This document shows positions 1-9,680 of a stretch of DNA of 64,000 nucleotides, one piece after another. A model generated the notes under the pieces. The model ran no database searches and was not told where the DNA came from. It was given only the letters and a program-made list of their open reading frames with translations. The stretch's first letter is position 1, and every line of letters begins with the position of its first letter. The translations under genes and the position numbers were made by a program. Origin of the DNA: Bdellovibrionota bacterium (GTDB lineage Bacteria; Bdellovibrionota_C; UBA2361; JAAYZI01). The stretch lies in NCBI GenBank assembly GCA_050950765.1, contig JBMNIF010000002.1, positions 694,157 through 758,156 on the forward strand, written 5' to 3'.

Positions 1-1081
1 GCGGTTCTATAACAACCTCTCTATCTTTTGCCTCTTCAATCTCACCTGCGATTACACCATTTAAGTTTACTGTTTTTGCAAGTTCCACAGCTTTTTCTGC
101 ACTTGCTTGATCGGGAAGATAAACAGCAAGCCCTGCACCGTAGTTAAATATCTCAACCATGCGTGAAGGTGGTGTGTTGCTGTGTTCTTCGATAAAGGAA
201 AATACTTCTGGAACGGGTAGCATCTTGTTTATAACGTAGCGATACGGTTTCGCCGAACGCATTAACTTTTGCCAACCGTGACCTGTAATGTTTTCAATGT
301 TTGTAGGTTTTATTCCAGCCTTGAGGAGGGTCTGAACGTAAGGGGTATAAAGTTTTGAACCACGATTTATAGCACGCCAGTACTCTTCACCACTTGGCAA
401 AGTTGTGCGATAACCGTGAGGCAAGCGGCTTGCTAATTCGCGCAGTGCTGTAAAACCGTTTTCATGGGGACCAGAGCTTTCGATAAAAACGATCTTGTCT
501 CCAGCTTTAATGGCGTTGCTACTAATCGGGGAGAGTCCCGCTGGCATAAGTCCGAAAAGTGCCCCTGCGATATCGAGTTTGTCTGTAACGATTTTATTCT
601 TAAGTTGTGGTGTTTCTCCCGAAAAATAAACGCACTTTACAAGGCGGCAGCCATCTACGAAACCATCAAGAAAGCCTTTTAAAAACTCTTCATTAAAAAC
701 TATCTCGGGTGAGCTGCTCGGTAGGTAAAGCCCGAGTAGAATAGTTTGTAGCCCTGAAGCAGCAGCATCATTGGTTAGTGCAGACATCATCTTTGTAGCG
801 ATGTTATACCAGAATTCGTATTGTTCAGATTTTGAGAGATCTTCAGGGCGGGCATCATCAGCTGTGCCCAAGCCTTCTGGAAGGAGGGTGATATAGAGAT
901 TTTCCGCGCCTGATCTGATGTATGGCGCAAGGTTTAGGGAAAAGATATTAGCGCTAGCGCCGAGTTTCGTATCAGGCACGAAGCCGAAATCTTCAGCGAA
1001 CGTTAATGTACGTCGTGCTGCTTCAATAAAAGCCTGTTTGGCGCGGTCAAGTACGTTATATTCAACTTGATCTAATGTCAT
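1..1081 (-). CDS. purM: Phosphoribosylformylglycinamidine cyclo-ligase (AIR synthetase); 3' end cut by window edge
   Basis: Not in the ORF track because it runs off the window. Reverse-strand translation from ATG at 1079-1081 (GAGG RBS upstream) gives MTLDQVEYNVLDRAKQAFIEAARR...; contains PurM-like motifs ...IESSGPHENGFTALRE..., ...ENITGHGWQKLM... and C-terminal ...DREVVIE, colinear with E. coli PurM as remembered. No stop reached by position 1. Confidence 0.8.
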   Translation of the reverse strand, partial: MTLDQVEYNVLDRAKQAFIEAARRTLTFAEDFGFVPDTKLGASANIFSLNLAPYIRSGAENLYITLLPEGLGTADDARPEDLSKSEQYEFWYNIATKMMSALTNDAAASGLQTILLGLYLPSSSPEIVFNEEFLKGFLDGFVDGCRLVKCVYFSGETPQLKNKIVTDKLDIAGALFGLMPAGLSPISSNAIKAGDKIVFIESSGPHENGFTALRELASRLPHGYRTTLPSGEEYWRAINRGSKLYTPYVQTLLKAGIKPTNIENITGHGWQKLMRSAKPYRYVINKMLPVPEVFSFIEEHSNTPPSRMVEIFNYGAGLAVYLPDQASAEKAVELAKTVNLNGVIAGEIEEAKDREVVIEP

Positions 1082-1370
1082 GCTAATACCTCACAATAAT
1101 ATAGTAAGAAATATAGTAAGAGCTGTTTTAAAGTAAAAATACACTTTTGTTATTAAGTTTAAAACAGATCCTTGCTTTGATTCAAGGTTGTTAAGAACCA
1201 TTAGGGGGGCTTATGGCTCAAAAATAATGTCACTTTTTGAGGCGATGCGGGGTGTTGTATAAGTTCTGAAGGAATACCATTACAAATTCGGGGGGTAAAA
1301 CGTTATAAAAACAGAGCTACCTGTATAATTTATACTTGAATCATAGAAACGGGAGGGGTAGGTTAAGTTT

Positions 1371-1862
1371 ATGGTATTTAATAAAGTCAAAAAATTTCCA
1401 GGTTTAAAGATGAAGAAACTTGCAGGTGGCAAACATCCTGTAAAGTTAGTAGAGGAGTTTATTACTAAGCGCGGCTTCGATCCGAACGTTTGTCTTAGTG
1501 AAAAAACAGCCGATACTGTGCGTTGGATGCTTAAACTTGGTGATGAAGAAGAGCTTGAAGTTTTAGTCGAAGGTTTAACGAAACCGGCAGAAACTACTAT
1601 TTATATGGGGGTGAATATCGCAACCGTACCTATTCGGGGTGCCCTTGATATGTTGGTTTCGGCGTTAGAGATTGCAGATGGGTTGGTTGGGATAAAAGTT
1701 AGTTTAGTCGGACATTTTCTAGTATTAAGTGCCAGCTTAGGACTCTCCGGAGTTTCAGTAGATGATCTAGAGTATAATTATAACCTAATCGAGGCGCAAC
1801 AAGCTTGGTTTAAAAACGCTCTTTCCGAAGAGTTAGGGTTAGAAAATTTCTCAGAAGAATAA
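1371..1862 (+). CDS. Hypothetical protein (163 aa), function unknown
   Basis: Intact ORF divergent from purM; no motif I recognise. Its last 16 codons plus stop lie inside the 81-bp tandem repeat at 1812-2024. Confidence 0.5.
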   Translation: MVFNKVKKFPGLKMKKLAGGKHPVKLVEEFITKRGFDPNVCLSEKTADTVRWMLKLGDEEELEVLVEGLTKPAETTIYMGVNIATVPIRGALDMLVSALEIADGLVGIKVSLVGHFLVLSASLGLSGVSVDDLEYNYNLIEAQQAWFKNALSEELGLENFSEE

Positions 1863-2024
1863 TTTTACTATGCGCCTTTAAGTGGGAGAGGAAAAAATGC
1901 TCTTTCCGAAGAGTTAGGATTAGAAAATTTCTCAGAAGAATAATTTTACTATGCGCCTTTAAGTGGGAGAGGAAAAAATGCTCTTTCTGAAGAGTTAGGA
2001 TTAGAAAATTTCTCTGAAGAATAA
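1812..2024. repeat. Tandem direct repeat, about 81-bp unit, about 2.5 copies
   Basis: Unit GCTCTTTCCGAAGAGTTAGG(G/A)TTAGAAAATTTCTCAGAAGAATAATTTTACTATGCGCCTTTAAGTGGGAGAGGAAAAAAT repeats at about 1818, 1899 and 1980 (third copy partial, with two substitutions). Each copy carries the in-frame C-terminus ...ALSEELGLENFSEE-stop of the 1371-1862 ORF. Confidence 0.85.
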
Positions 2025-2063
2025 ACTAAACATAGATCCTCAAGGGGGGAAAAAATTTTTACG

Positions 2064-3728
2064 TTATAACCGTGGGCGTGGTAAGATGTATTGAGTTACC
2101 AGTTCTTCATTTTTCGCTTGTAGTTCGAGGTTTTTGATTAAGATTGCTGGTGAGATGGTTGAAACGGGGATGATTCCTGATTCAGCACCGCAGTAGTGAT
2201 TCTCCAGAATCTGTTCATCTCCAACAGCGATGATGCTACTTAATGCTTGTAGAGGGGTTCCGACAAAATTTACTCCGCGCACTACATATTCGCGACCTGT
2301 TTTTGTAACAAGGGTAGCGTAAGAAATTTCACCTGAAAAAGCTTGGAAATCGTATTTTGTCGTATCAGTTTCTCCACCAGCAGTTTCATATACGATCATA
2401 CCAAACGGTTTCTTCTGTGCTCGAATCTCTTCTATTAGTTTCTGCTTCAACTCATCCCACGTGACGGGGTTTTTGCCTTTTACGATCGTTACGGCCATAC
2501 GGCTAATGGGACGTTGATACTTTCGACTGCGTGCGTGTCCGTTTAAGGTGTTATTTGGAACGGGGATGGCAGCGCGTGAGTTTAAAAATCCCGTTAATGC
2601 ACCGTCTTGTACTAACTTTGCTTCGGCAGCAGGAGTGCCTTCATCATCGAAATCATACGCTCCTATACAACCGCGACTTTTAAAGCGTGTAACTGTGGGA
2701 TCGTCCGAGATGTCTAGAGGAACTTCAATAATCTTTTGTCCGACCTTCCCCTTAAAAGTTTGTCCTTCGCCACTGAAGAGAAGGCGATTCCCTTCAAGTC
2801 TGTGTCCGATAGCTTCGTGAAAGAGTAGCCCCGCTGGTTTTTGAGCAAGTAGTACCGGTCCTGAGAAGGAGTGAATTCGTTTTGAATGTATAAGATTTAG
2901 GAGTTGCTTATGTTTTTCAAGGATCAGTTTTTTAAATTGTTTAGCAGTGGGGAGCTCTTTTTGTGTTGTTACATGGAAAACTAAATTTTGCTCGATATTT
3001 ACCCCCTCTTTTGTGAGATTGCGCATTACTGCAAATAGGGAAAAAATTCTAAAGTGACGCACGATGATACGATTTTCTGTACTAACGAAAAGTTTTGTTT
3101 CTTGAGAAGTATCAAACTCAACCCAGCTGGTGGAAACTTTTGGTAGCTCTGCGATCCACTTTGAAGCTGTTTTGCAGAAATTAACCCACTTATTTTCATC
3201 TAAGGTTTCTAGTCGTGAGTATTTAACATCATAACAAGGTGGTAGCTTTGTAAAGGAGGCATATTTACCGTTTTCATCAACCGTAGAAACGCGAGCGGCT
3301 TCTTTTTCACTGTAATCAGTTAAGGCTTCACGAAATTTTGCTTCGGAAAGACGCCATAACGCCAAGCGTAAAGCATCGTGACACTTAGTATCGATCGGTA
3401 ACGTGATGTGATTGATCGATTCCAACTCATCATCGTTATCAAAGAGTCCGCCGTTTGTAGTCTGGTCTCTCTTATAACTATTAACTCTGATATCGGCGTA
3501 AACGTTACGGGTGTGATCAGATCTTTTGCGGTAGACAGAACCGCTACTAGCCCAAGTGTTAAACCATTCAATGTCACGTAATAAAAAAGAGCAGTAGTAT
3601 GGAGACGGAAAACCGCGAACCTTCATCTTTAAGGTTCTTTTGCTGTCTTTACGCAAAATGGGGATTAACATATCTATTGTCGAACGGTCTAACATATTAA
3701 ATCCGATAAAAATCCTAAAAAATAACAC
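2064..3728 (-). CDS. tldD: TldD/PmbA-family metalloprotease (peptidase U62), TldD-like
   Basis: Contains ...LFHEAIGHRLEG... (HExxxH) followed by ...DFDDEGTPAA... and ...LNGHARSRKY..., colinear with E. coli TldD motifs as remembered. Track start is a GTG; the true start may be an internal Met (for example 3695, 3671 or 3626). Confidence 0.8.
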   Translation of the reverse strand: MLFFRIFIGFNMLDRSTIDMLIPILRKDSKRTLKMKVRGFPSPYYCSFLLRDIEWFNTWASSGSVYRKRSDHTRNVYADIRVNSYKRDQTTNGGLFDNDDELESINHITLPIDTKCHDALRLALWRLSEAKFREALTDYSEKEAARVSTVDENGKYASFTKLPPCYDVKYSRLETLDENKWVNFCKTASKWIAELPKVSTSWVEFDTSQETKLFVSTENRIIVRHFRIFSLFAVMRNLTKEGVNIEQNLVFHVTTQKELPTAKQFKKLILEKHKQLLNLIHSKRIHSFSGPVLLAQKPAGLLFHEAIGHRLEGNRLLFSGEGQTFKGKVGQKIIEVPLDISDDPTVTRFKSRGCIGAYDFDDEGTPAAEAKLVQDGALTGFLNSRAAIPVPNNTLNGHARSRKYQRPISRMAVTIVKGKNPVTWDELKQKLIEEIRAQKKPFGMIVYETAGGETDTTKYDFQAFSGEISYATLVTKTGREYVVRGVNFVGTPLQALSSIIAVGDEQILENHYCGAESGIIPVSTISPAILIKNLELQAKNEELVTQYILPRPRL

Positions 3729-4261
3729 TTCGGCAAACGGTTATATCTCCATAGGAAGGTAAAAACATTGCTTCTTTGTTAGTGGTGACGTTCTATTTTG
3801 TCGGCATTCTAGGATAGAAAGTTAAATTTTTAAAGAGATTAAGGGGTTAGTAAAGATAGTGAAAGGTTAAAAAACATGAGAGGGGATGATTGTTGTAAGG
3901 GGGTTAAGTATTATAGCGCAGTTATTCGGCACCCCTGTTTTTACTTTTAATTTACCTATCGAGGTAATGAAAGGCGTTTTATTAAAACCATGTTCCAAAA
4001 GATGTTGTGATATAGAGGTGCATTCAATAGTTATGAAAAAAGCACAAGAGTTTTTATTGAGGAAAAAAGGAAGTCTTAAAAGCAAGAAAGTTCTCGGTGA
4101 GGAAAAAAATCTGTTGTGAATGGCAAAGGGGGTAAGGAAAAAAATCGAGACCCTATATTTTAAATGAGTGAATGGTATAGGAGCCCTCCTTATTGAGATA
4201 ATCCCAGTAAGGAGGGTGTGAGGTGTTTTATCCAGAGTTGTGATGTTGGAATAGTTTTTCT

Positions 4262-5920
4262 TTATTGTGGTGTGCTGGCTTGTAGTTTGCTAGCAGCTAT
4301 AATAGCTTGGTCAGCGCTCCAGAAGATATGATCTGCGCCGATATCTTCTATTAAGCCACCTCTTTGCAACATCTCTTCTACTTTGGGGTTTAAGCCTGCT
4401 AACATCAATCCACCCCCTGCCGCCTGTAAACGATCGTTTAGTTTTTCAAGTACTCTTAGACCTGAAGAATCGATAAAGGGCATGCCGCGTATTGAAAGCA
4501 CCAGATATTTTATGCCGTCAATATTAGCAAAGGCTTCATTGAAATAACTTGTTGCTGCAAAGAAGAGTGGTCCATACAGGTAGGCAACTTTAATATTTTT
4601 ACAACCGTGACAGACTTCAAGACCTTTTTTAATAAGCTTATCACTATCAACATCTTCAATTACAATATCTATTTCAGAAACTTGGTTAAGGAAGATTAAA
4701 GCAGAAAATATAGATCCGACAAGGATAGCTTGTGTAAGATCCAACACGATTGTAGCGAGTAGTGTAATTAAAAAGGCAGCAATTCCAGTTTTAAATTTCT
4801 TAGAAAAATAAAAATGGATAGCATCCCATTCATTCATGCGCCAAGCTGTAACTAATAGCACGCCTGCTAAGGCAGCCATCGGAACTTTTGAAATGATACC
4901 ACTAAGTAAAAACATAGATGCCATTAAAATGATGGCGTGAATGATGCTTGCCATGCGGGTTTGTCCACCGGAAGTAATACCGATAGAGCTACGTGCAATT
5001 GCTGCTGTGGCGGGTATGCCGCCCATAAAAGGAATTAAGATATTTCCGACACCTTGTGCTATTAACTCTTGGTTGGCACGTAATCTGATACCTGTCATAT
5101 TACCGCCGACGGCTCCGCACAGTAAACTTTCAACCGCTCCTAAAGCTGCGATAGCCATAGCGGGAGCGATGAAGACCTGTAGATTATCCCACGGCATCTG
5201 AGAAAATGAAAAATGATCGTCAAGAAAAAGCGATCGCGGGATCTCTCCGATCTTAGCAATGGGGAGACTGAGCCCTTCACTTATTATAGTTGCTAAGATA
5301 ATACCCACTAATGAAGATGGAACTTTAGCATTCCACTTTTTAGGCCAAAAGATCATAAAGGCGATAACAAGGCAACTTATTATCAAAGATGATGGATCAG
5401 GGGTTGGAAGCTCTTTAATATACCACAACACTTTGCCTACGGCGGTGGTTGTTGGTGCACTTTTAACACCAAAAAAATTATCGAGTTGTCCGAATACGAT
5501 GGACAAAGCTATGCCGGAGGTAAACCCTGTAATAACAGGAGCCGGAACAAAAGCGATAAAGCGTCCTAATTTTAAAATACCGATCAGGAGTAAGAAGATA
5601 CCGGCGAGTAGCCCAGCCACCCAGATCCCTTCCATCCCGTATTGTTGAGCAAGTGGAATTAGAATTGGACACATAGCACCGGTGGGACCTGAGATCTGAT
5701 ACGGTGCGCCGGAAAGGGCTCCGATAACTAAGCCTGCAACTATGGCTGTAACTAAACCTGCTGCTGCACTTGCTCCGGAAGCTGTACCAAAAGCCAAAGC
5801 TAAGGGTAGTGCGACAGCTGCTACGGTGCAGGCTGCAAAGAGGTCTTGGACAAATTTCTGTTTTGAATAATTACTAAACTCTCGGCGGTACAGTCCCACC
5901 AAACTGTGATCTTTTATCAT
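4262..5920 (-). CDS. SulP-family anion (sulfate) permease with C-terminal STAS domain
   Basis: 552-aa polytopic protein with many Gly/Ala-rich helices and a C-terminal soluble domain (...VAYLYGPLFFAATSYFNEAF...IRGMPFIDSSGLRVLEKL...) typical of SLC26/SulP STAS domains. Confidence 0.85.
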   Translation of the reverse strand: MIKDHSLVGLYRREFSNYSKQKFVQDLFAACTVAAVALPLALAFGTASGASAAAGLVTAIVAGLVIGALSGAPYQISGPTGAMCPILIPLAQQYGMEGIWVAGLLAGIFLLLIGILKLGRFIAFVPAPVITGFTSGIALSIVFGQLDNFFGVKSAPTTTAVGKVLWYIKELPTPDPSSLIISCLVIAFMIFWPKKWNAKVPSSLVGIILATIISEGLSLPIAKIGEIPRSLFLDDHFSFSQMPWDNLQVFIAPAMAIAALGAVESLLCGAVGGNMTGIRLRANQELIAQGVGNILIPFMGGIPATAAIARSSIGITSGGQTRMASIIHAIILMASMFLLSGIISKVPMAALAGVLLVTAWRMNEWDAIHFYFSKKFKTGIAAFLITLLATIVLDLTQAILVGSIFSALIFLNQVSEIDIVIEDVDSDKLIKKGLEVCHGCKNIKVAYLYGPLFFAATSYFNEAFANIDGIKYLVLSIRGMPFIDSSGLRVLEKLNDRLQAAGGGLMLAGLNPKVEEMLQRGGLIEDIGADHIFWSADQAIIAASKLQASTPQ

Positions 5921-6083
5921 AATTTAACCTGTAAAGTAGTTTTTTGTGTTTTGTCTAAAATTACTGATTCCTGTTCGTACCGATCTTCCTTCTTGTACCG
6001 ATTGTGCCGATTTTTTACCTGTAATCTTGACGCATTGGAAAAATGAACTGCTTTGTGTTTATGCCATCTATGGATAGAAAACT

Positions 6084-6245
6084 CAATATTGTTAGGTAAA
6101 AACTTCAAGGTAGCCGTCTTTAAGCTGAATGTTGTTAGGTAAAAAAACTTTAAGGTGCCTGTCTTTAAGCTCAATGTTGTTAGGTAAAAAAACTTCAAGG
6201 TGCCCGTCTTTAAACTGAATGTTGTTAAGTAAAAACTTCACACTT
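6084..6245. repeat. Intergenic tandem direct repeat, about 46-48-bp unit, about 3.5 copies
   Basis: Unit AATGTTGTTAGGTAAAAA(AA)CTTCAAGGTGCC(C/T)GTCTTTAAGCTG repeats head-to-tail with a few substitutions between the SulP start and the methyltransferase 3' end. The track ORF 5917-6198 (MKFFYLTTLSLKTGTLKFFYLTT...) is simply its translation. Confidence 0.8.
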
Positions 6246-6341
6246 AAAACGGATCGTAACAATTATGAGGATGAGATAAGTGATATCAAGTGTGTTTACA
6301 AGGTTTGATAAAGGTAGCGGAAGGGGCTTCATCTATTTTTT

Positions 6342-7281
6342 TCATATATATCTCGCTAAAATTCCGTCACAGGTCTCAACGGACATATTTCGAACACTGA
6401 TTAGTTCATTTCCCATGTTTTCAATGGATTCCATAGATGGTACGGGCATGGAGTTAATTTCAGTTGAATTTACTTGGGTAGAGCCGTTCAGAATTCTATA
6501 ATACTGATCATACAGGGTGGAGTTAAATATGACATATAATCCAAACACAACACATTCTGATAAATCCTTAAGTCCTGTTATAAAGTTTAATTTGTTTTGA
6601 GTGCTTATTGTATCTAGTTCCGGATACTTTCTTGCGAGGTAAACTGCAGACTGTAAGCGTCTTGGTTCTTCTTTAGAAGTAAATCTCTTTACAAAAAGAT
6701 AGTTGCTGTTATTTTGTAATAGTCTAGGTCGTTTTTTTAATATAAACTCCTCTTCTCGTCCTATCGGAAATTCAACTTTTCCATTTTTTATATGTTGAGG
6801 ATAGAACAAGGGGACAGAATTCTCTTCATAATCGTCTACAAGATAATCTTTGTTCCTATAATTTACGGTAAGCCCCGTTTTCATTTTAAGCCCTAAATCA
6901 GGAAGGGTGTTATCAAATACAGATAGTTTTTCCAGAACTTTTAATTCATCTCGGTTGGTAACTAGATAAACATACTTATCTTCTCCAGATACAATGATAT
7001 TATAAGGAACTTTAAATTCATTAGTTTCAGTAAACGAGTTGCTATCAATTGATGTTGAAATGGTAATTTTTTTCAACTTTTCATTAGTTTTTTTAGCCTT
7101 TAGGATCATAGTTTCTTGCAATACATTTTCTTGAGTGAAGACCCTATCTCGACTTTCAAATAAGTGTATATGTTCCAGAGAAGCTTCTTTTAAGAATTTC
7201 TTTCTGAATTTTGTGAAATAAGCTCCTGATGTCCAAGATCTTGGAATAATATAAACTAACTCACCACCATCTATTAGATTA
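6342..7281 (-). pseudogene. C-terminal fragment (target-recognition region) of an IS-interrupted gamma-class N6-adenine DNA methyltransferase
   Basis: Track ORF 6342-7121 continues in frame upstream to the IS boundary (...GNLIDGGELVYIIPRSWTSGAYFTKFRKKFLKEASLEHIHLF...). This joins in frame to the N-terminal fragment once the IS and one target duplication are removed. Strongly AT-rich coding sequence. Confidence 0.7.
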
Positions 7282-9128
7282 CCTAAATTCCCGTTTTTTT
7301 TATAGTCTACACCTTAGTATTTAATATTTTATCGACAAAAATCTTCTGGTCAATTTCTAATGCTTCTAAAATATCTTTTTGTTTTTTTGTTAATGGCTGT
7401 AGTAGCATGCTCAGATTTTCATTATCTATGCGTCTTATCATTTTAAGCGCTTCTAAAACTCTCTGAATGGTTTTTTCTACTTTTTTGTTATTATTATTTA
7501 TAGTTCTTTGTAAGTCTGACCACATAATTAAGCTAAGAAAGGAGACGAAGCTTTTGCCGTCAGTAGTTTTTTCATTATGTGTTAGCATACGGTCATTATC
7601 CAATTCATTTTTTAAATTATCGAAAGCTTTCTCAATAAAGTCTCGTCGTGAATAGATATGAAGTGCTTCTTGTGGTGTCATTGTTGAGTGGTTACTCAAA
7701 AAAGCAAAAACTCCTAGCATAGATAAGATATCGGTAATTTTTTCATGATCCCTTTCAAAACTTTCTAACTGCACTTCTTTCTTAGTTTTTATTTTGTAGT
7801 ATTTAGAGTAGCGACTCATACTCATAGGCTTTTTCATTTCTTTTAGTTCATCTTCTAATCTGTCAATATGAGAGTAAAGAGTGCTCTCTTCCTCAGATGC
7901 ACTTTTTGTATTTAAGTAAACGTAGAGAGAAAATTTTTCTCCATTTATCACAATATCTTTTCTTACCCCATAACAATTTGTCCCAGATATGTGATTCCTA
8001 GAAGAGCGAAGAGTAACAGATGCTTCCCTCATAGTATCGTTGTAATTTTTCTGAGATTTAGGAACAGCTACGAGAAATTCTATTTGCTCTTTTTTTATAT
8101 ATTCTAAATTTTCTTTTGTAATAAAACCTCTATCCAGAACATAAAATATATCATCAATACCTAAGCTTTTAGAGTATTCCATCATTGTTGTAAGAAAAAC
8201 TTTATCAACAACACTTCCACTGTAAAGAAAAAAACTTATTGGTAAATTGCTGTCGGTAGCGTATAAAAGTCCGACATTTAGTTGTGGTAAATATTCTTTG
8301 TCTCTATTGTATCCATTCTCGGCAAGTGGCAAGTCTGCATAAGTAGAAAGGCTCGTAACATCATAAGCTACAGTCTCATTGTTTTTCATAGCATAGTTTT
8401 TCCACACAGAAAAAAACTTCATTTGATCTTGTTTGGTAATCGATGAAAAAAGCTCACTTGTCTTTTGCGAAGATAGAGATATGTTTTTAGGGGTAAGAGT
8501 ATTTTGCGAAAAATTATCTATATTCATCATTACATTGCCTTCGTAAGCCATGTATAACGCAGTATAAAAGATATCTTCGTATTTATCGGGGAAGATTGTT
8601 TTTAAGCATTTTAATAACCCTATAGCCTCAGCTCTCATCTTTAATGCGACTACGTGACCTGCGTCCCAAACAAAGCGAGAAGAAGCTAGATCAATAACGT
8701 CAGATGGCATTGGATAATATTTTCTAAAGTTCTCATTAGGAATCATTCTTCCTTGTCTATCAGGGTCTATCTTTCCCACAATCACTTCATCACAAGTAGG
8801 TGTGCCGTTTTTATTACGACGATGACCAAGTACGTGATACACATATTTTACGTTTCCTTTGCTATCTTTTTTATACGAAATCTTTTTTTCTGGAATTGGA
8901 ATTGAAATATTTATTAAAGCCATTTTGTCTCCTATTTTTTTACTGTCTCGTAGACTACGGAAGTATAGTCTACAAAGCAAAAGATGTCAATAGTTTTTTT
9001 AAAAAAATTAAAAAAACTTTTATAAAAAAACTTAATTAAATAAGTATGTTGGAGGAAATATAATATTAGAAAATCTAAATATGAAATTAAATTATTGATA
9101 TGGACTACATAAAAAACGGGAATTTAGG
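7282..9128 (-). mobile_element. Insertion sequence, IS4-superfamily (IS1634-like), 1,847 bp, with terminal inverted repeats and 7-bp target-site duplication
   Basis: Left end 7282-7299 CCTAAATTCCCGTTTTTT; right end 9111-9128 is its exact reverse complement (AAAAAACGGGAATTTAGG); the match continues imperfectly to about 30 bp. Direct repeat TAGATTA at 7275-7281 and 9129-9135. Single DDE transposase ORF inside. Confidence 0.8.
7307..8923 (-). CDS. DDE transposase, IS4/IS1634 family
   Basis: About 538 aa from the probable start MALINISIPIPEKK (AGGAG RBS upstream; the track ORF starts 57 nt further up at 8980). Candidate catalytic triad regions: ...VAYDVTSLSTYA..., ...FYVLDRGFITK..., ...HIYSRRDFIEKAFDNLKNEL... 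(Y-x2-R-x3-E-x6-K signature). Confidence 0.85.
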   Translation of the reverse strand: MALINISIPIPEKKISYKKDSKGNVKYVYHVLGHRRNKNGTPTCDEVIVGKIDPDRQGRMIPNENFRKYYPMPSDVIDLASSRFVWDAGHVVALKMRAEAIGLLKCLKTIFPDKYEDIFYTALYMAYEGNVMMNIDNFSQNTLTPKNISLSSQKTSELFSSITKQDQMKFFSVWKNYAMKNNETVAYDVTSLSTYADLPLAENGYNRDKEYLPQLNVGLLYATDSNLPISFFLYSGSVVDKVFLTTMMEYSKSLGIDDIFYVLDRGFITKENLEYIKKEQIEFLVAVPKSQKNYNDTMREASVTLRSSRNHISGTNCYGVRKDIVINGEKFSLYVYLNTKSASEEESTLYSHIDRLEDELKEMKKPMSMSRYSKYYKIKTKKEVQLESFERDHEKITDILSMLGVFAFLSNHSTMTPQEALHIYSRRDFIEKAFDNLKNELDNDRMLTHNEKTTDGKSFVSFLSLIMWSDLQRTINNNNKKVEKTIQRVLEALKMIRRIDNENLSMLLQPLTKKQKDILEALEIDQKIFVDKILNTKV

Positions 9129-9680
9129 TAGATTAAATACGGACATACCCATAAATAGGAAATATAGATTCGGCGCTCCATAGCAGATATCTTGCATAGA
9201 TCGGGCTTCCGATTCATTTTTTCCTATTTTCAAATACGGAGGGTTTCCTATAACCAAATCATATTTTTGAGGATTAGAGCAGGCTCCCAACATTCCATTG
9301 TATTCAAAACTCTGACTATTGATGTAGTTCTTAGTTATTATAGAAAACTTCAACTCTATGTTTATAGTCTCTTTAATCCAAGAAAGATTGTCTTTTAGTA
9401 CAGGAATGACTTCTTTATCGGTTTCATAGCAAGTTAAAATTATTCTTTTCACCTTTGATGATTTACATATTCTTTCTATTAAGGCAGAGCTTAAAATTCC
9501 TGTACCCGCTCCTGGATCTAGGATATGCAATTCTTCTTTTTGTGGTATTTCAAATAAATTTGCCATGAAAACAGCTATTTCTTTGCTGGTAAAGAATTGT
9601 CCATAAGATTTTCTGTTTTCTTTGGATTTAGATTCAACATATACATTTGTTGAATTTTCAACATAATCAACGATCTTCAT
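9129..9680 (-). pseudogene. N-terminal fragment (catalytic domain) of the IS-interrupted gamma-class N6-adenine DNA methyltransferase (Eco57I/TaqI-like)
   Basis: Contains ...GQFFTSKEIAVFMANL... , ...HILDPGAGTGILSSAL... (AdoMet motif I) and ...DLVIGNPPYLKIG... (NPPY motif IV). Track ORF 9105-9680 reads on into the IS terminal repeat before stopping. Confidence 0.75.

Noticed and set aside
464-682. 72-aa plus-strand ORF
   Set aside because: It lies antisense within the minus-strand purM coding sequence, which has clear PurM motifs.
3729-4261. 530-bp gap between the TldD-like and SulP genes as a possible ncRNA or small-protein locus (track ORFs 3867-4085 and 3886-4119)
   Set aside because: The two overlapping short ORFs have no convincing RBS or motifs, and the only structure seen is one hairpin (CCCTCCTTA...TAAGGAGGG, about 4178-4215) that could be the SulP terminator; not enough evidence to call a gene.
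5917-6198. 93-aa ORF in the track (MKFFYLTTLSLKTGTLKFFYLTT...)
   Set aside because: Its periodic sequence is the translation of the 47-bp tandem repeat in an intergenic region; unlikely to be a real protein.
7282-9128. Prophage or larger integrative element around the transposase
   Set aside because: Only a single transposase gene bounded by inverted repeats and a 7-bp duplication; no integrase, phage structural or conjugation genes nearby. It is a simple IS.
6342-9680. Split methyltransferase as a fused type IIG restriction-modification enzyme
   Set aside because: The methyltransferase motifs sit at the extreme N-terminus and the reconstructed protein is only about 494 aa, leaving no room for an N-terminal nuclease domain; a standalone gamma-class methyltransferase fits better.
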